Shown: one piece after another, positions 50,336-58,614 of the stretch
Layout: each line of letters opens with the position of its first letter
How positions within the stretch are numbered: the stretch's first letter is position 1
IMG/VR virus record: IMGVR_UViG_3300032219_000848
Location: 38,178 to 102,177 of that record
Length of the DNA: 64,000 nt
From: a virus
Lineage: Duplodnaviria; Caudoviricetes
Strand: one strand, 5' to 3'
Made by a program: the position numbers and the translations under genes
Notes under the pieces: generated by a model
The model's database searches: none
The model's input: the letters and a program-made list of their open reading frames with translations, nothing else
What the model was told of the DNA's origin: nothing

Positions 50336-50979
50336 TACCAGTTATAATAAATAATAGAGACTTACTTACATGGCCAAAAGCTATGGTTGAGAAGATTCAA
50401 ACATATGAAGGCGTAGGTGATGTTATTATTATAGATAATGAATCAACTTATGAACCTTTGTTAGATTGGTATAATACAAATCCATGTAAAATACATAGAA
50501 CAACTAATCTTGGTCATGGAGGTCCTTGGGTTTCAGGAATTGTAGAGTCATTAAATTGTGAATATTACATTGTGACAGATTCAGATCTTGGGCTAGACAA
50601 TACACCCACTGATACTATAATATATCTATTAGACAAATTAAAAAGCTTAGATTTAGATAAGATAGGACTAGGTTTAGATTGGCAAAGAGTTAGTGAACAG
50701 TCTAGATATTATAATCATATGCAAGGATATGAAAAAACTAGATGGGAAAATTCTAGAATAGAACAAAATGTAGCACTTGATGTTCCTATAGATACAACAT
50801 TTGCATTATATAAATTTCATCATTATTATATAGGGGGAGCTAGTACAATAAGTCCATATGTAGCTAGACACTATCCTTGGGAATACACTCCAGAAGAATA
50901 TGATAAAGATGAGGAGTTTAAATATTATATAAAACACGCATCTCATTCATGTTCATATAAATCATTATTAGGATTATAA
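50332..50979 (+). CDS. GT2-like glycosyltransferase
   Basis: IIDNESTY, VTDSD, IDTTFALY, ARHYPW. Confidence 0.7.
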   Translation: MIPVIINNRDLLTWPKAMVEKIQTYEGVGDVIIIDNESTYEPLLDWYNTNPCKIHRTTNLGHGGPWVSGIVESLNCEYYIVTDSDLGLDNTPTDTIIYLLDKLKSLDLDKIGLGLDWQRVSEQSRYYNHMQGYEKTRWENSRIEQNVALDVPIDTTFALYKFHHYYIGGASTISPYVARHYPWEYTPEEYDKDEEFKYYIKHASHSCSYKSLLGL

Positions 50980-50982
50980 AAG

Positions 50983-51009
50983 AAAAAGGAGGCCAATGGT
51001 CTCCTTTTT
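50983..51009. terminator. Bidirectional terminator at the convergence of plus and minus operons
   Basis: AAAAAGGAGGCC-AAT-GGTCTCCTTTTT. Confidence 0.75.
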
Positions 51010-51050
51010 ACTTACATTAAAAAATCACAATTATGAAATGAACAAAATTA

Positions 51051-51206
51051 TTATTTACTGAGTCTTTTTTGTTTCATAGGAAGCATAGGACTCTTTAATC
51101 TTTTAGGCGTATCAGCTTCTCTCATAAAGTTTTCTTTAGGATTAGGATTATTTACCTTAGGTGCTTTACGTGGCTTACCTGATTTCTTTGCTTTGCCAGA
51201 AGTCAT
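51051..51206 (-). CDS. 51-aa Lys-rich protein (not in ORF track)
   Basis: MTSGKAKKSGKPRKAPKVNNPNPKENFMREADTPKRLKSPMLPMKQKRLSK; 1-nt gap to the upstream gene. Confidence 0.6.
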   Translation of the reverse strand: MTSGKAKKSGKPRKAPKVNNPNPKENFMREADTPKRLKSPMLPMKQKRLSK

Positions 51207-51207
51207 A

Positions 51208-51819
51208 TTACTTACAGCCATATTTACATTTCTTCATAGAGCCACCCTTCTTCATCATAGGAGCATTAGTCATAGCTGTACCCATCATTGCTTTCTTCAT
51301 ACCTTTAGGTTTCATAGAAGCAGCTTCACCACCGTATTGCATTTTCTTCTTAGGAGCTTTACCAGCTTTCTTCATAGCAATTGCTATAGCAGCTTGTTTA
51401 GCCATTTTACCACCCATCTTCATCATAGCACCATTTTTAGCTTTACCTGCATTCTTTTTAGCTAATACTATACGATCAGCAGCTGTAGCATCAGAGTTAT
51501 TATCGTAACCTGCGTTAACTGATGCCATACCAAACGATTTACCGTTTTGAGCTTTCTTCATTGCACCACCCATTTTCATTTTAGATTTAGCAGGGCCAAG
51601 TTTACCTTCTTTATTAAGCCTATCCATAAATTTACCAGCATCTTTACCTGTTTTAGGAACTGTACCAGCTTTACGCATACGCATAGTCTCATTTAATGCA
51701 TCAGCAAGATCTCCTGATTCAGAGATAATAGGATAAGTTTTAGCTGGTTTTTTTTTAGCTACAGTTCCATTCTGGGCTTTCTTCATGGGCTTACCCATGC
51801 CTTTTTTCATTGTTTTCAT
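51208..51819 (-). CDS. Lys/Met/Gly-rich basic protein with repeated K-x-x-x-G(G) motifs
   Basis: Start ATG 51819; KAQNG x2, MKMGG x2, KAKNG, MQYGG, KAMMG, MKKGG, KCKYG. Confidence 0.7.
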   Translation of the reverse strand: MKTMKKGMGKPMKKAQNGTVAKKKPAKTYPIISESGDLADALNETMRMRKAGTVPKTGKDAGKFMDRLNKEGKLGPAKSKMKMGGAMKKAQNGKSFGMASVNAGYDNNSDATAADRIVLAKKNAGKAKNGAMMKMGGKMAKQAAIAIAMKKAGKAPKKKMQYGGEAASMKPKGMKKAMMGTAMTNAPMMKKGGSMKKCKYGCK

Positions 51820-51823
51820 TATA

Positions 51824-52012
51824 TTATTTCTTTTTAGACATTTTAGTTGCACCTAATTGCTTATCTTTCTTTAAGACAGCTTTACCTTTAGCACCTGCTA
51901 AAGTTTTCTCTTGTACTTTAGTGAAAGCACCTTTAGGATCTATAGGTCCTACACGTTTTGTAGAAGCTTTTAGTCCTGAAAGACTTCCTGCTGATTGTTT
52001 TGCTTTTGCCAT
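51824..52012 (-). CDS. 62-aa Lys-rich protein
   Basis: Operon packing. Confidence 0.6.
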   Translation of the reverse strand: MAKAKQSAGSLSGLKASTKRVGPIDPKGAFTKVQEKTLAGAKGKAVLKKDKQLGATKMSKKK

Positions 52013-52016
52013 TATA

Positions 52017-52169
52017 TTATTTCTTTTTAGTTTGAGCTTTAATTTTCTTTTCTTGCTTTAACATAGCAGCTGTAGGTTTCTTACCTGAACCTTTAGCAGC
52101 TCTAATGTTATCCCATAAACCACGTTGTGATGTTGAACCATCAGCACGTTTAATCATTTGCTTTGCCAT
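52017..52169 (-). CDS. 50-aa Lys-rich protein (not in ORF track)
   Basis: MAKQMIKRADGSTSQRGLWDNIRAAKGSGKKPTAAMLKQEKKIKAQTKKK. Confidence 0.6.
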   Translation of the reverse strand: MAKQMIKRADGSTSQRGLWDNIRAAKGSGKKPTAAMLKQEKKIKAQTKKK

Positions 52170-52181
52170 AATATTATTAAT

Positions 52182-52454
52182 TTAACAGTTCCATTTTCTT
52201 AATGCTAATGTCTTACGTGTTGGTTCACCATTAGGTTTCTTTGCAGGTCCCTTAACTCCTGACATTCTTGCACAAAAAGACTTACGTCTATTAGCAGCTT
52301 TACTTCCTTTCTTCAATTTAGAAGGAGGAGTGGTAACTGCCATCTTTAACTTACTACCAGGGTTAGCACGTCTATAAGACGCTACACCTTTTCTATTAAG
52401 TCCACCTTTAGGATCTTTTCCTTCTGATCTCTGCCAAGCTTCAGTCTTTGCCAT
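52182..52454 (-). CDS. Basic phage protein (DUF6321-like)
   Basis: WQRSEGKDPKGGLN..G, RRKSFCARM, ALRKWNC. Confidence 0.7.
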   Translation of the reverse strand: MAKTEAWQRSEGKDPKGGLNRKGVASYRRANPGSKLKMAVTTPPSKLKKGSKAANRRKSFCARMSGVKGPAKKPNGEPTRKTLALRKWNC

Positions 52455-52879
52455 TACTTTATAAGTTTCATACCTTTAAGTTTTCTAATAATCTTATTGG
52501 CCTCATCTTCAGCCATTGTAACTATCTCTTCTGATTTCTTCTCAGCATCCCATTTATATAGAAGAAGAGCCATGTGCATAGTTTCATGCATAATAGCTGT
52601 CTTCTGTTCATCAGCACTGTATTTCTTAAACGTGCCCATGTTTAAGAACAAGAAGGGCTTGTAAGGATCTTTAGCTATAAGCTTCTTATCTGCAGGATCG
52701 TAGTTTGTCAATCCATAGATGTACACTCCATTACCTTTTGTCTTATCTACCTCCTCTGCTTGAGCATCTTTTAGATTAAGCCCATGCATTTCTTTAACCT
52801 TATAGTATTTGAATATGTCAGTAGCATTCTTACCTACTAGTAAGATGTACTTATCCATATCAAACTCTTTAATATCCAT
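52454..52879 (-). CDS. HExxH zincin-like protein
   Basis: IMHETMH followed by EE..T.AEDE. Confidence 0.55.
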   Translation of the reverse strand: MDIKEFDMDKYILLVGKNATDIFKYYKVKEMHGLNLKDAQAEEVDKTKGNGVYIYGLTNYDPADKKLIAKDPYKPFLFLNMGTFKKYSADEQKTAIMHETMHMALLLYKWDAEKKSEEIVTMAEDEANKIIRKLKGMKLIK

Positions 52880-53124
52880 TATTTCTTAACACAATTGTTA
52901 ACTGTTTTACCACCTTTCTTCTTAGTGCCCTTCTTGACATATCCTGTCCAACACTTTATCTTACCACCATTCTTTAATGTAGAACCTTTGAACTCTCCTT
53001 TCTTCTTGATTAGAGGACCATCAGGAACAGGGGTAATTTTTCCCCCTTGTTTTAATACACCTTTACCTACATAGTCTGTAGCCTTTTGTGGATTATAAGG
53101 ACCAGGTTTTCTAATAGAAGCCAT
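52879..53124 (-). CDS. 81-aa Lys-rich protein
   Basis: LKQGG and LKNGG motifs; C-terminal CWTGY..KGTKKKGGKTVNNCV module. Confidence 0.6.
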   Translation of the reverse strand: MASIRKPGPYNPQKATDYVGKGVLKQGGKITPVPDGPLIKKKGEFKGSTLKNGGKIKCWTGYVKKGTKKKGGKTVNNCVKK

Positions 53125-53126
53125 GA

Positions 53127-53285
53127 TTATTTACCAGCTTTACGAGCTCTCCCCATAGCTTTAAATGTCTTAGCTAATGCTTTTCTCTTAGGAGTGCATG
53201 TAGCTTTAGTCATAGGAGTACAAAATCCCTTATGTTTAGGATTTACTGCCTTTTGAATCCAGTTCTTTTTTGATGCTTTTGCCAT
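53127..53285 (-). CDS. 52-aa Lys-rich protein (not in ORF track)
   Basis: MAKASKKNWIQKAVNPKHKGFCTPMTKATCTPKRKALAKTFKAMGRARKAGK. Confidence 0.6.
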   Translation of the reverse strand: MAKASKKNWIQKAVNPKHKGFCTPMTKATCTPKRKALAKTFKAMGRARKAGK

Positions 53286-53472
53286 ACCTATGAAAGGTTA
53301 GATTGGGTTTTACTATAATATCTTTATGAGTAAATTGCCAGAGCTCCCCAGTGGCATTGATGATAATGGTGTAAATGGTATCAGTCTCATGACCATAATC
53401 TAGAACCAACCAAACAATTCCATCACCTTTTGGTGTAGTGACTTCTAATCGATTAGTTGGTTCGTAGATCAT
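53236..53472 (-). CDS. Hypothetical protein
   Basis: VTTPKGDG...DYG motif. Confidence 0.55.
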   Translation of the reverse strand: MIYEPTNRLEVTTPKGDGIVWLVLDYGHETDTIYTIIINATGELWQFTHKDIIVKPNLTFHRYGKSIKKELDSKGSKS

Positions 53473-53526
53473 AATCTAAAAAGACCTATAAACAGATCTT
53501 ACGGTATGCAATATAAGTACTATTAT

Positions 53527-53787
53527 TTATTTTTCTGGAGCTTCTACAACATCACCGTTTTCAACAGCTTTTGCTAATGTAGCTTCCATAACTTGACTAG
53601 CTTTATCAGCTAATAATACACGTTGTGCTTCTTCTGTAGACAAAATAGCACGTAATGAATTTAATAAAATTCCAAAATCATTTCCTGATAATGTGAATTC
53701 TGAATCAATTTCCCAAGTATATTTCTTATTTGGGTCAAACGTTGGTACTTCTGTAACTTCTGGTTGTTCGTCTTTAACAATCTCCAT
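53527..53787 (-). CDS. Hypothetical protein
   Basis: ORF with AAACCAA leader and upstream TATATTTAC element. Confidence 0.6.
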   Translation of the reverse strand: MEIVKDEQPEVTEVPTFDPNKKYTWEIDSEFTLSGNDFGILLNSLRAILSTEEAQRVLLADKASQVMEATLAKAVENGDVVEAPEK

Positions 53788-53848
53788 GTTTTTATTTTAT
53801 TTGGTTTATGTAAATATATAATGAAATTTTGAAAATTACAAATTTATT

Positions 53849-54130
53849 TTACAATGTTATTTTAAATGCAATAACTGCATTTGTCTTTATACTTTTACTC
53901 ATATTCAGTTTTATTTGAAACTGATTATGAAACTTGAATAACTCTTCAATAATTGCATTTGTATACTTTGGTAAAGAAGGTGCTATTCTGAATGAGTAGT
54001 GTGTAGGATGTTTAGTTATTTCCATACTAGATAATTCATCAACACTGTCTATAATACCTTCTAGATGCGAGAAATATATTGCATCATTATCAGTCATTAT
54101 TTTTGGGAAGAATCTCTTCTCTACTTGCAT
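53849..54130 (-). CDS. Hypothetical protein
   Basis: ORF. Confidence 0.55.
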   Translation of the reverse strand: MQVEKRFFPKIMTDNDAIYFSHLEGIIDSVDELSSMEITKHPTHYSFRIAPSLPKYTNAIIEELFKFHNQFQIKLNMSKSIKTNAVIAFKITL

Positions 54131-54150
54131 TAATTAATTGTTAATTTGAT

Positions 54151-55194
54151 TTATGCAGGCCCAATTGTAGTAACTGTTCCTGAAGATCCTCTATATTTCA
54201 AAGCCCCAGCTTCTACAAAAAGAATACCTCCTCCTGCAAGACTAGCAATAGGTGCTGTTCTATTTTGCATTAATAACCTATCTGCGTTGATAAATTGGAA
54301 GTAATCAATAGAATCAGTAGAACCGCCAGTTGCAGATAAAGCAACTAATGTTGAGTTTGGCTTATCATAAACACTATTAAATATTGAATAGAATCCACTT
54401 AAAGAAACTCTAGCAACGTTTTGAAATGATGGGATTAAAATTTGTGAACTTGCTATAGTAACAATTGTTCCTGCTGATGTGGTAAGTGCATTTGCTGTAG
54501 CAGTTGTAGCAATTATTATACTATCTGCAAAACTTATATTACCAGCTAACGCTACAGGGGAAATAGCTACTGCATTTCTTACAAGCACTCTTGCTCCAGC
54601 ATTGTTAACTGTAATAAAGCTTGGATTACCTCCAAAAATAGCTATCACTCCAGCAGTACTCGTAATGTTAATAGCGGATATATCACAAAAACGAATAAGT
54701 GTGTAATCACCAGAATTACTTTTTGTTAAAGTGCCAGAAATGTCACAATTAAGTATGTTTACATTTCCTGTACCAGCTGGTGCAGTAATACTTAGGTTTG
54801 TCATCTTTAATCCTGAAATAGTACATCCAATGCTTGTGCTTACAGTTCCAGAAATTACTGTATTTCCACCAAGAATTGCGGGTGTAGTCAATACTGTATA
54901 TTGATATGTTATTGATGGACTTTCAATATAGGTTCCAGGGTGAATAATTATTGTTCTTCTATCACCAGTGACTAGAGTTAGTGCCTTAGTAATAGATGCA
55001 AATGGTTTAAGTAACTCTCCATTACCAGTGGTATCACTTCCATCTATTTGACTAACATGAATCTCATAATCATAACCAGTAAAGTTAAGACCAGAAGTAG
55101 ATATAAGACCATTGATAAGATTGTCAAGGTTTAACCAATTGTTAAATCCTTTGACATTTTTTTCCCAAAAACCTGTTTTAATGAAATTAGCCAT
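54151..55194 (-). CDS. Pectin-lyase-like beta-helix protein (DUF1565-type start); possible spike or fiber
   Basis: IHVSQIDGSDTTGNG..KPFASITKAL..IIIHPGTY; I/T/S/G-rich repetitive beta strands. Confidence 0.65.
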   Translation of the reverse strand: MANFIKTGFWEKNVKGFNNWLNLDNLINGLISTSGLNFTGYDYEIHVSQIDGSDTTGNGELLKPFASITKALTLVTGDRRTIIIHPGTYIESPSITYQYTVLTTPAILGGNTVISGTVSTSIGCTISGLKMTNLSITAPAGTGNVNILNCDISGTLTKSNSGDYTLIRFCDISAINITSTAGVIAIFGGNPSFITVNNAGARVLVRNAVAISPVALAGNISFADSIIIATTATANALTTSAGTIVTIASSQILIPSFQNVARVSLSGFYSIFNSVYDKPNSTLVALSATGGSTDSIDYFQFINADRLLMQNRTAPIASLAGGGILFVEAGALKYRGSSGTVTTIGPA

Positions 55195-55204
55195 TTTATT
55201 TATT

Positions 55205-55618
55205 TTAACTTAGCGTTAATAAGAATTTGGTTTTTGCCGCTTCTCCAGATAATGCATCAGCTAAGTTACATACATCATGATATGAGTTTCTCTCTCCATA
55301 CATCTTTAACGATGATGCAAATGACATTATATCTGATGCACACTTTTCAGCTGTACAATCTGTAAGAGGTTCTATTTTATAAGCTCCAGGTCTTTTACCT
55401 GTATAGCCCATAAGCTTCTCAATCAATCCATCTTTAAAATCATGTACATAATCATACAATGCTCCTGTGGCTTGATGTTGTGCATAACTTTTTGTTTGCC
55501 AGTGAGTCAGATGTAATTGCTCATGAAAGTAAGTAAGCTTAGCAGCGATACTCTCTAATGAGAGCTCGCTACTAGTTGCATTACTTAACATTTCTTGTGG
55601 GAATAGTGACTTAGCCAT
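55205..55618 (-). CDS. Ferritin/Dps-like protein (DUF5856-like)
   Basis: HLTHWQTKSYAQHQA..Y...DGLIE..MG. Confidence 0.75.
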   Translation of the reverse strand: MAKSLFPQEMLSNATSSELSLESIAAKLTYFHEQLHLTHWQTKSYAQHQATGALYDYVHDFKDGLIEKLMGYTGKRPGAYKIEPLTDCTAEKCASDIMSFASSLKMYGERNSYHDVCNLADALSGEAAKTKFLLTLS

Positions 55619-56151
55619 TATACAACAGTTGTAGTAGTAGTGGTTGTAAGTCTTGTAGTACTAGTTGTTGTAGTTGTTGGACCAGCTGTAGTACTAGTTG
55701 TAGTGGTAGTAGGAGCAGCTGTAGTACTAGTTGTTGTAGTTGTTGGAGGAACTGCTGCAACTGTAAATGTTGGAGCTGAGTTAGGACAAATAGCCTGACT
55801 TTGAGCACCAGTCATTACAAGTGTAAGATTTGTTCCACCTGTTGTAGAGAACACTCCTAATAAAGGATAAGTTGCATTCAACTTAGTAACTAAATCTGCT
55901 ACTGATGAAGAGTTTTGTCCTGAAGTTAATATTTGAACTAATGATCCTCCACAGAACAACCTAACTTGGAAGTTAGTAATAGTAGTAGCCACTGTAGTAG
56001 TGAGTGTAGCATCATTGCAACACTGATACCCTTGAACTTGTTGCCAGCTACCCACTTTAGGTTTCTGCTTTCTCAGAATAAGGCTGCCTGCTACAACCCT
56101 TCCTGAACCATCGTATCTTACATACGCCTTTAAATTTCTTTGATTAGCCAT
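55618..56151 (-). CDS. Putative virion protein with mucin-like Thr-rich C-terminal tail
   Basis: Ends PPTTTTTSTTAAPTTTTTSTTAGPTTTTTSTTRLTTTTTTTVV. Confidence 0.75.
   Translation of the reverse strand: MANQRNLKAYVRYDGSGRVVAGSLILRKQKPKVGSWQQVQGYQCCNDATLTTTVATTITNFQVRLFCGGSLVQILTSGQNSSSVADLVTKLNATYPLLGVFSTTGGTNLTLVMTGAQSQAICPNSAPTFTVAAVPPTTTTTSTTAAPTTTTTSTTAGPTTTTTSTTRLTTTTTTTVV
55622..55750 (-). repeat. Imperfect 33-bp (11-aa PTTTTTSTTxx) tandem repeat, 3 copies plus a Thr tract
   Basis: Repeated TGTAGTACTAGTTGT units on the plus strand. Confidence 0.8.
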
Positions 56152-56169
56152 GTTATTTAATAATTAAGA

Positions 56170-57189
56170 TTAATATTGTAAATTATATTTTTGTTTTAAT
56201 TCTATAAGTTTAGATACGTAGAAGTGACTACCAAGTGTCTTACTGCGCTCATCATTATATACTATCATCATGTGAGGATCTGTAAAAGGATTTATTCCGT
56301 TGTGGTATTTACCTTTGTAGAATGTAGGAATATCACCCATTGTATCTCCTATGATTCCAGCATTGTGAAATATACCTAAACGTTCAACTTTTTCTATAGA
56401 ATCAGAAGCCCAACAGAATTCCATTTCAGGAATCACTTTTGTTACACCTTCAACTCTCCATAGATTCCATAGAACAGCCCACATATCTGCACACCAGCTT
56501 TGAAACCCTCTATCTTCACTTTCAAAAAACTCTTCATTCACTTGCATTAAATGTTTACGAATAGATATGCAATCTTCCATTACATGTTTCCAGAATTCTG
56601 CATCAATGTTTTTTAATAAATATTGAGCTCCTCCTGAATGTAAGTTATAATGTTCTGCAATTTCTCTATTGATATTACAAATAGCCGTAGTTTCTTGTAG
56701 AATATCACGTTGTTTGTATTCTTCTAGTTTGTGTAGAAGAACATCTTTTTCTTTACTATCAAAGTAACTAGCATTGATGTAACTATTAGTATCTGATAGA
56801 TAATGTACATCATCATTAATATAATCATCAATATTAAACTTCTCTGTAAACACAACATCACAATCACAATATAACAATGCTTTTTCTTTCATCTCAGGAT
56901 GATCCTGGAAATAACGCATTAATGTATATGGACGTAATACAGGAATATAAATACCTAATAATTCACTAACAGTGTTTTCATCGTCTCTATAGAAAGCAAA
57001 CTCTGCTTCTGGATATAGATCAATAATTTTTTGCCATTCATTATTAGGCTCTCTAAAGTTTGGAATGAACACTACTACAATTGCTTTATCTGAGTGTCCT
57101 AGTTTTTTTAAACTTTCTAGCCATAAATGCACTTGCCATGTAAAATATATATCATCAGGCTGGGCGCAAATAAATTTTAATTCCTTCAT
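56170..57189 (-). CDS. GT-A glycosyltransferase resembling SERGT1/HPAT protein O-glycosyltransferases
   Basis: YFTWQ, YIPVLRP, DxD (YCDCD), SGGAQY, SWCADMWA, HNAG. Confidence 0.65.
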   Translation of the reverse strand: MKELKFICAQPDDIYFTWQVHLWLESLKKLGHSDKAIVVVFIPNFREPNNEWQKIIDLYPEAEFAFYRDDENTVSELLGIYIPVLRPYTLMRYFQDHPEMKEKALLYCDCDVVFTEKFNIDDYINDDVHYLSDTNSYINASYFDSKEKDVLLHKLEEYKQRDILQETTAICNINREIAEHYNLHSGGAQYLLKNIDAEFWKHVMEDCISIRKHLMQVNEEFFESEDRGFQSWCADMWAVLWNLWRVEGVTKVIPEMEFCWASDSIEKVERLGIFHNAGIIGDTMGDIPTFYKGKYHNGINPFTDPHMMIVYNDERSKTLGSHFYVSKLIELKQKYNLQY

Positions 57190-57211
57190 GTAGTTGTTGG
57201 TTTAATTTATA

Positions 57212-57382
57212 TTATACTGTAGTCGTTGTAGTAGTAGTGGGTGCAACAGTTGTAGTAGTCGTAGTGGTAAGACCTCTGTTATACATAACACGTGTTAGAT
57301 TTTGTAATTGCTTAGAAATCTGCCAAAGTAATTGTGCTTTAGTACTAGAAGGTTGTCCTATTTGTCTTGCAGGTATTGCCAT
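57212..57382 (-). CDS. 56-aa anchor plus poly-Thr peptide (not in ORF track)
   Basis: MAIPARQIGQPSSTKAQLLWQISKQLQNLTRVMYNRGLTTTTTTTVAPTTTTTTTV; N-terminus homologous to 57876-58445. Confidence 0.75.
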   Translation of the reverse strand: MAIPARQIGQPSSTKAQLLWQISKQLQNLTRVMYNRGLTTTTTTTVAPTTTTTTTV

Positions 57383-57395
57383 AATACTAATGTAT

Positions 57396-57752
57396 TTATT
57401 CTACAATCGGTTCTTCAATAATTGGTTCTTCAATAACTACTGCTTCATCAATAGGTGCAGCAGCTTCTATAACAGGTGCAACATAATCACCTGTGATGAC
57501 AAGATTAAGTTGTTCAGCTATCCAATCCCATGCATAACTATCTAGAGCCCATTGTGCATAAGCTTCGCCTGTCATTGATAAGTTGCCTTGTGCTAATTGT
57601 CCACCCAGTGAACCATCTGCGTTTGTAGAAAATAATCCATACCAAAATGTGGCGGATGTATTTAATGTTACGTTAATGGCATAAGCATTCAATACAGTTG
57701 CTTGCTGATTTTGTCCATTGTCCCATATAGAGACTGCTTCAATTGTTTTCAT
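57396..57752 (-). CDS. Hypothetical protein (fiber-associated or chaperone-like) with acidic EEPI tail
   Basis: GNLSMTGEAYAQW...WIAEQLNL motif often seen next to fiber genes. Confidence 0.55.
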   Translation of the reverse strand: MKTIEAVSIWDNGQNQQATVLNAYAINVTLNTSATFWYGLFSTNADGSLGGQLAQGNLSMTGEAYAQWALDSYAWDWIAEQLNLVITGDYVAPVIEAAAPIDEAVVIEEPIIEEPIVE

Positions 57753-57771
57753 ATTATTTATTATTTATTGT

Positions 57772-57873
57772 TTAAACTGATGTGATGGTTTGCCAAGTTG
57801 TTGAGAATACGCATAATTTACCTAATGTTGTATCAAAGACCACTAGTCCTGTTGCTGGTGATGATATAGCCAT
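57772..57873 (-). pseudogene. 33-codon orphan fiber-type module (remnant)
   Basis: MAISSPATGLVVFDTTLGKLCVFSTTWQTITSV; starts 2 nt after the stop of 57876-58445. Confidence 0.45.
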
Positions 57874-57875
57874 TG

Positions 57876-58445
57876 TTACCCTATATTAAATATGTTAAAG
57901 TTAACAGATGGTGATAAAGGTCTAGTTGGATTAGTTCCTGCAGCAGTTGCCAAAAGTTTCATCCCAGTAGCAGCAGACCACCAATAAAACTTAATATACT
58001 GTCCAGCAGTTAATGTAATTGTATCTGCTATACGTGCAAGTGTTTGATCATTTTGTACTCCAGTAGTAGTGAATGTAAATGCTGAATTAGGTACAATTGC
58101 ATCATTAATTGTATACCAAACAGTTACATTATAACTTGATGCTCCTCCAGTAAATGCAAGTTGAAGACTAAGATCTATATAATAAGTTCCTGTGTTTACA
58201 ATAGTCACTGTATTACTAGTCAATGTAAAACCATTAGCAGCCTGTGTTGATGCAATTAATACTTGATTAGCTGTAGTTGCACCACCATTATTCTGAGTAG
58301 TTACATCAAAAAATGTTGCAGAGTAAAGAGATACAGGAGCTGGTATATTACTTGTTACACCAGTTAGCGATTCTAATTGCTTAGAGATTTGCCACAACAG
58401 ATTTTCTTCTGTTCCCCAACCTATTTGTCTAGATGGTATAGCCAT
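57876..58445 (-). CDS. Anchor plus beta-sandwich (BclA/C1q-like) domain protein, likely virion decoration
   Basis: MAIPSRQIGWG..LLWQISKQL N-terminus; TIVNTGTYYIDLSLQL...LTAGQYIKFYW. Confidence 0.6.
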   Translation of the reverse strand: MAIPSRQIGWGTEENLLWQISKQLESLTGVTSNIPAPVSLYSATFFDVTTQNNGGATTANQVLIASTQAANGFTLTSNTVTIVNTGTYYIDLSLQLAFTGGASSYNVTVWYTINDAIVPNSAFTFTTTGVQNDQTLARIADTITLTAGQYIKFYWWSAATGMKLLATAAGTNPTRPLSPSVNFNIFNIG

Positions 58446-58614
58446 TTTATTATTATTTTATAACAAATATATTATTGTTTTAACAAACTTTGTTAAAATT
58501 ATTGAAATAAAGGTTAATGAGTTTCATTAATAACTCTAACTAAGTTAGTTATAATCATCTCAATTGTATTTTAAATTTCCTTGCACAGTTATATTTATTT
58601 TTATATATTTATAT

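Noticed and set aside
51161-52061. Plus-strand ORFs 51161-51508, 51193-51465 and 51810-52061
   Set aside because: Antisense shadows of the Lys-rich genes
55622-55750. Repeat array resembling a CRISPR or DGR repeat
   Set aside because: No unique spacers; the repeats are in-frame Thr codons; no cas or reverse transcriptase gene in the window
55611-55808. Leu/Gln-rich 65-aa ORF
   Set aside because: Alternative frame of the Thr repeat
57237-57545. Plus-strand 102-aa poly-Val ORF
   Set aside because: Antisense shadow of the poly-Thr peptide gene
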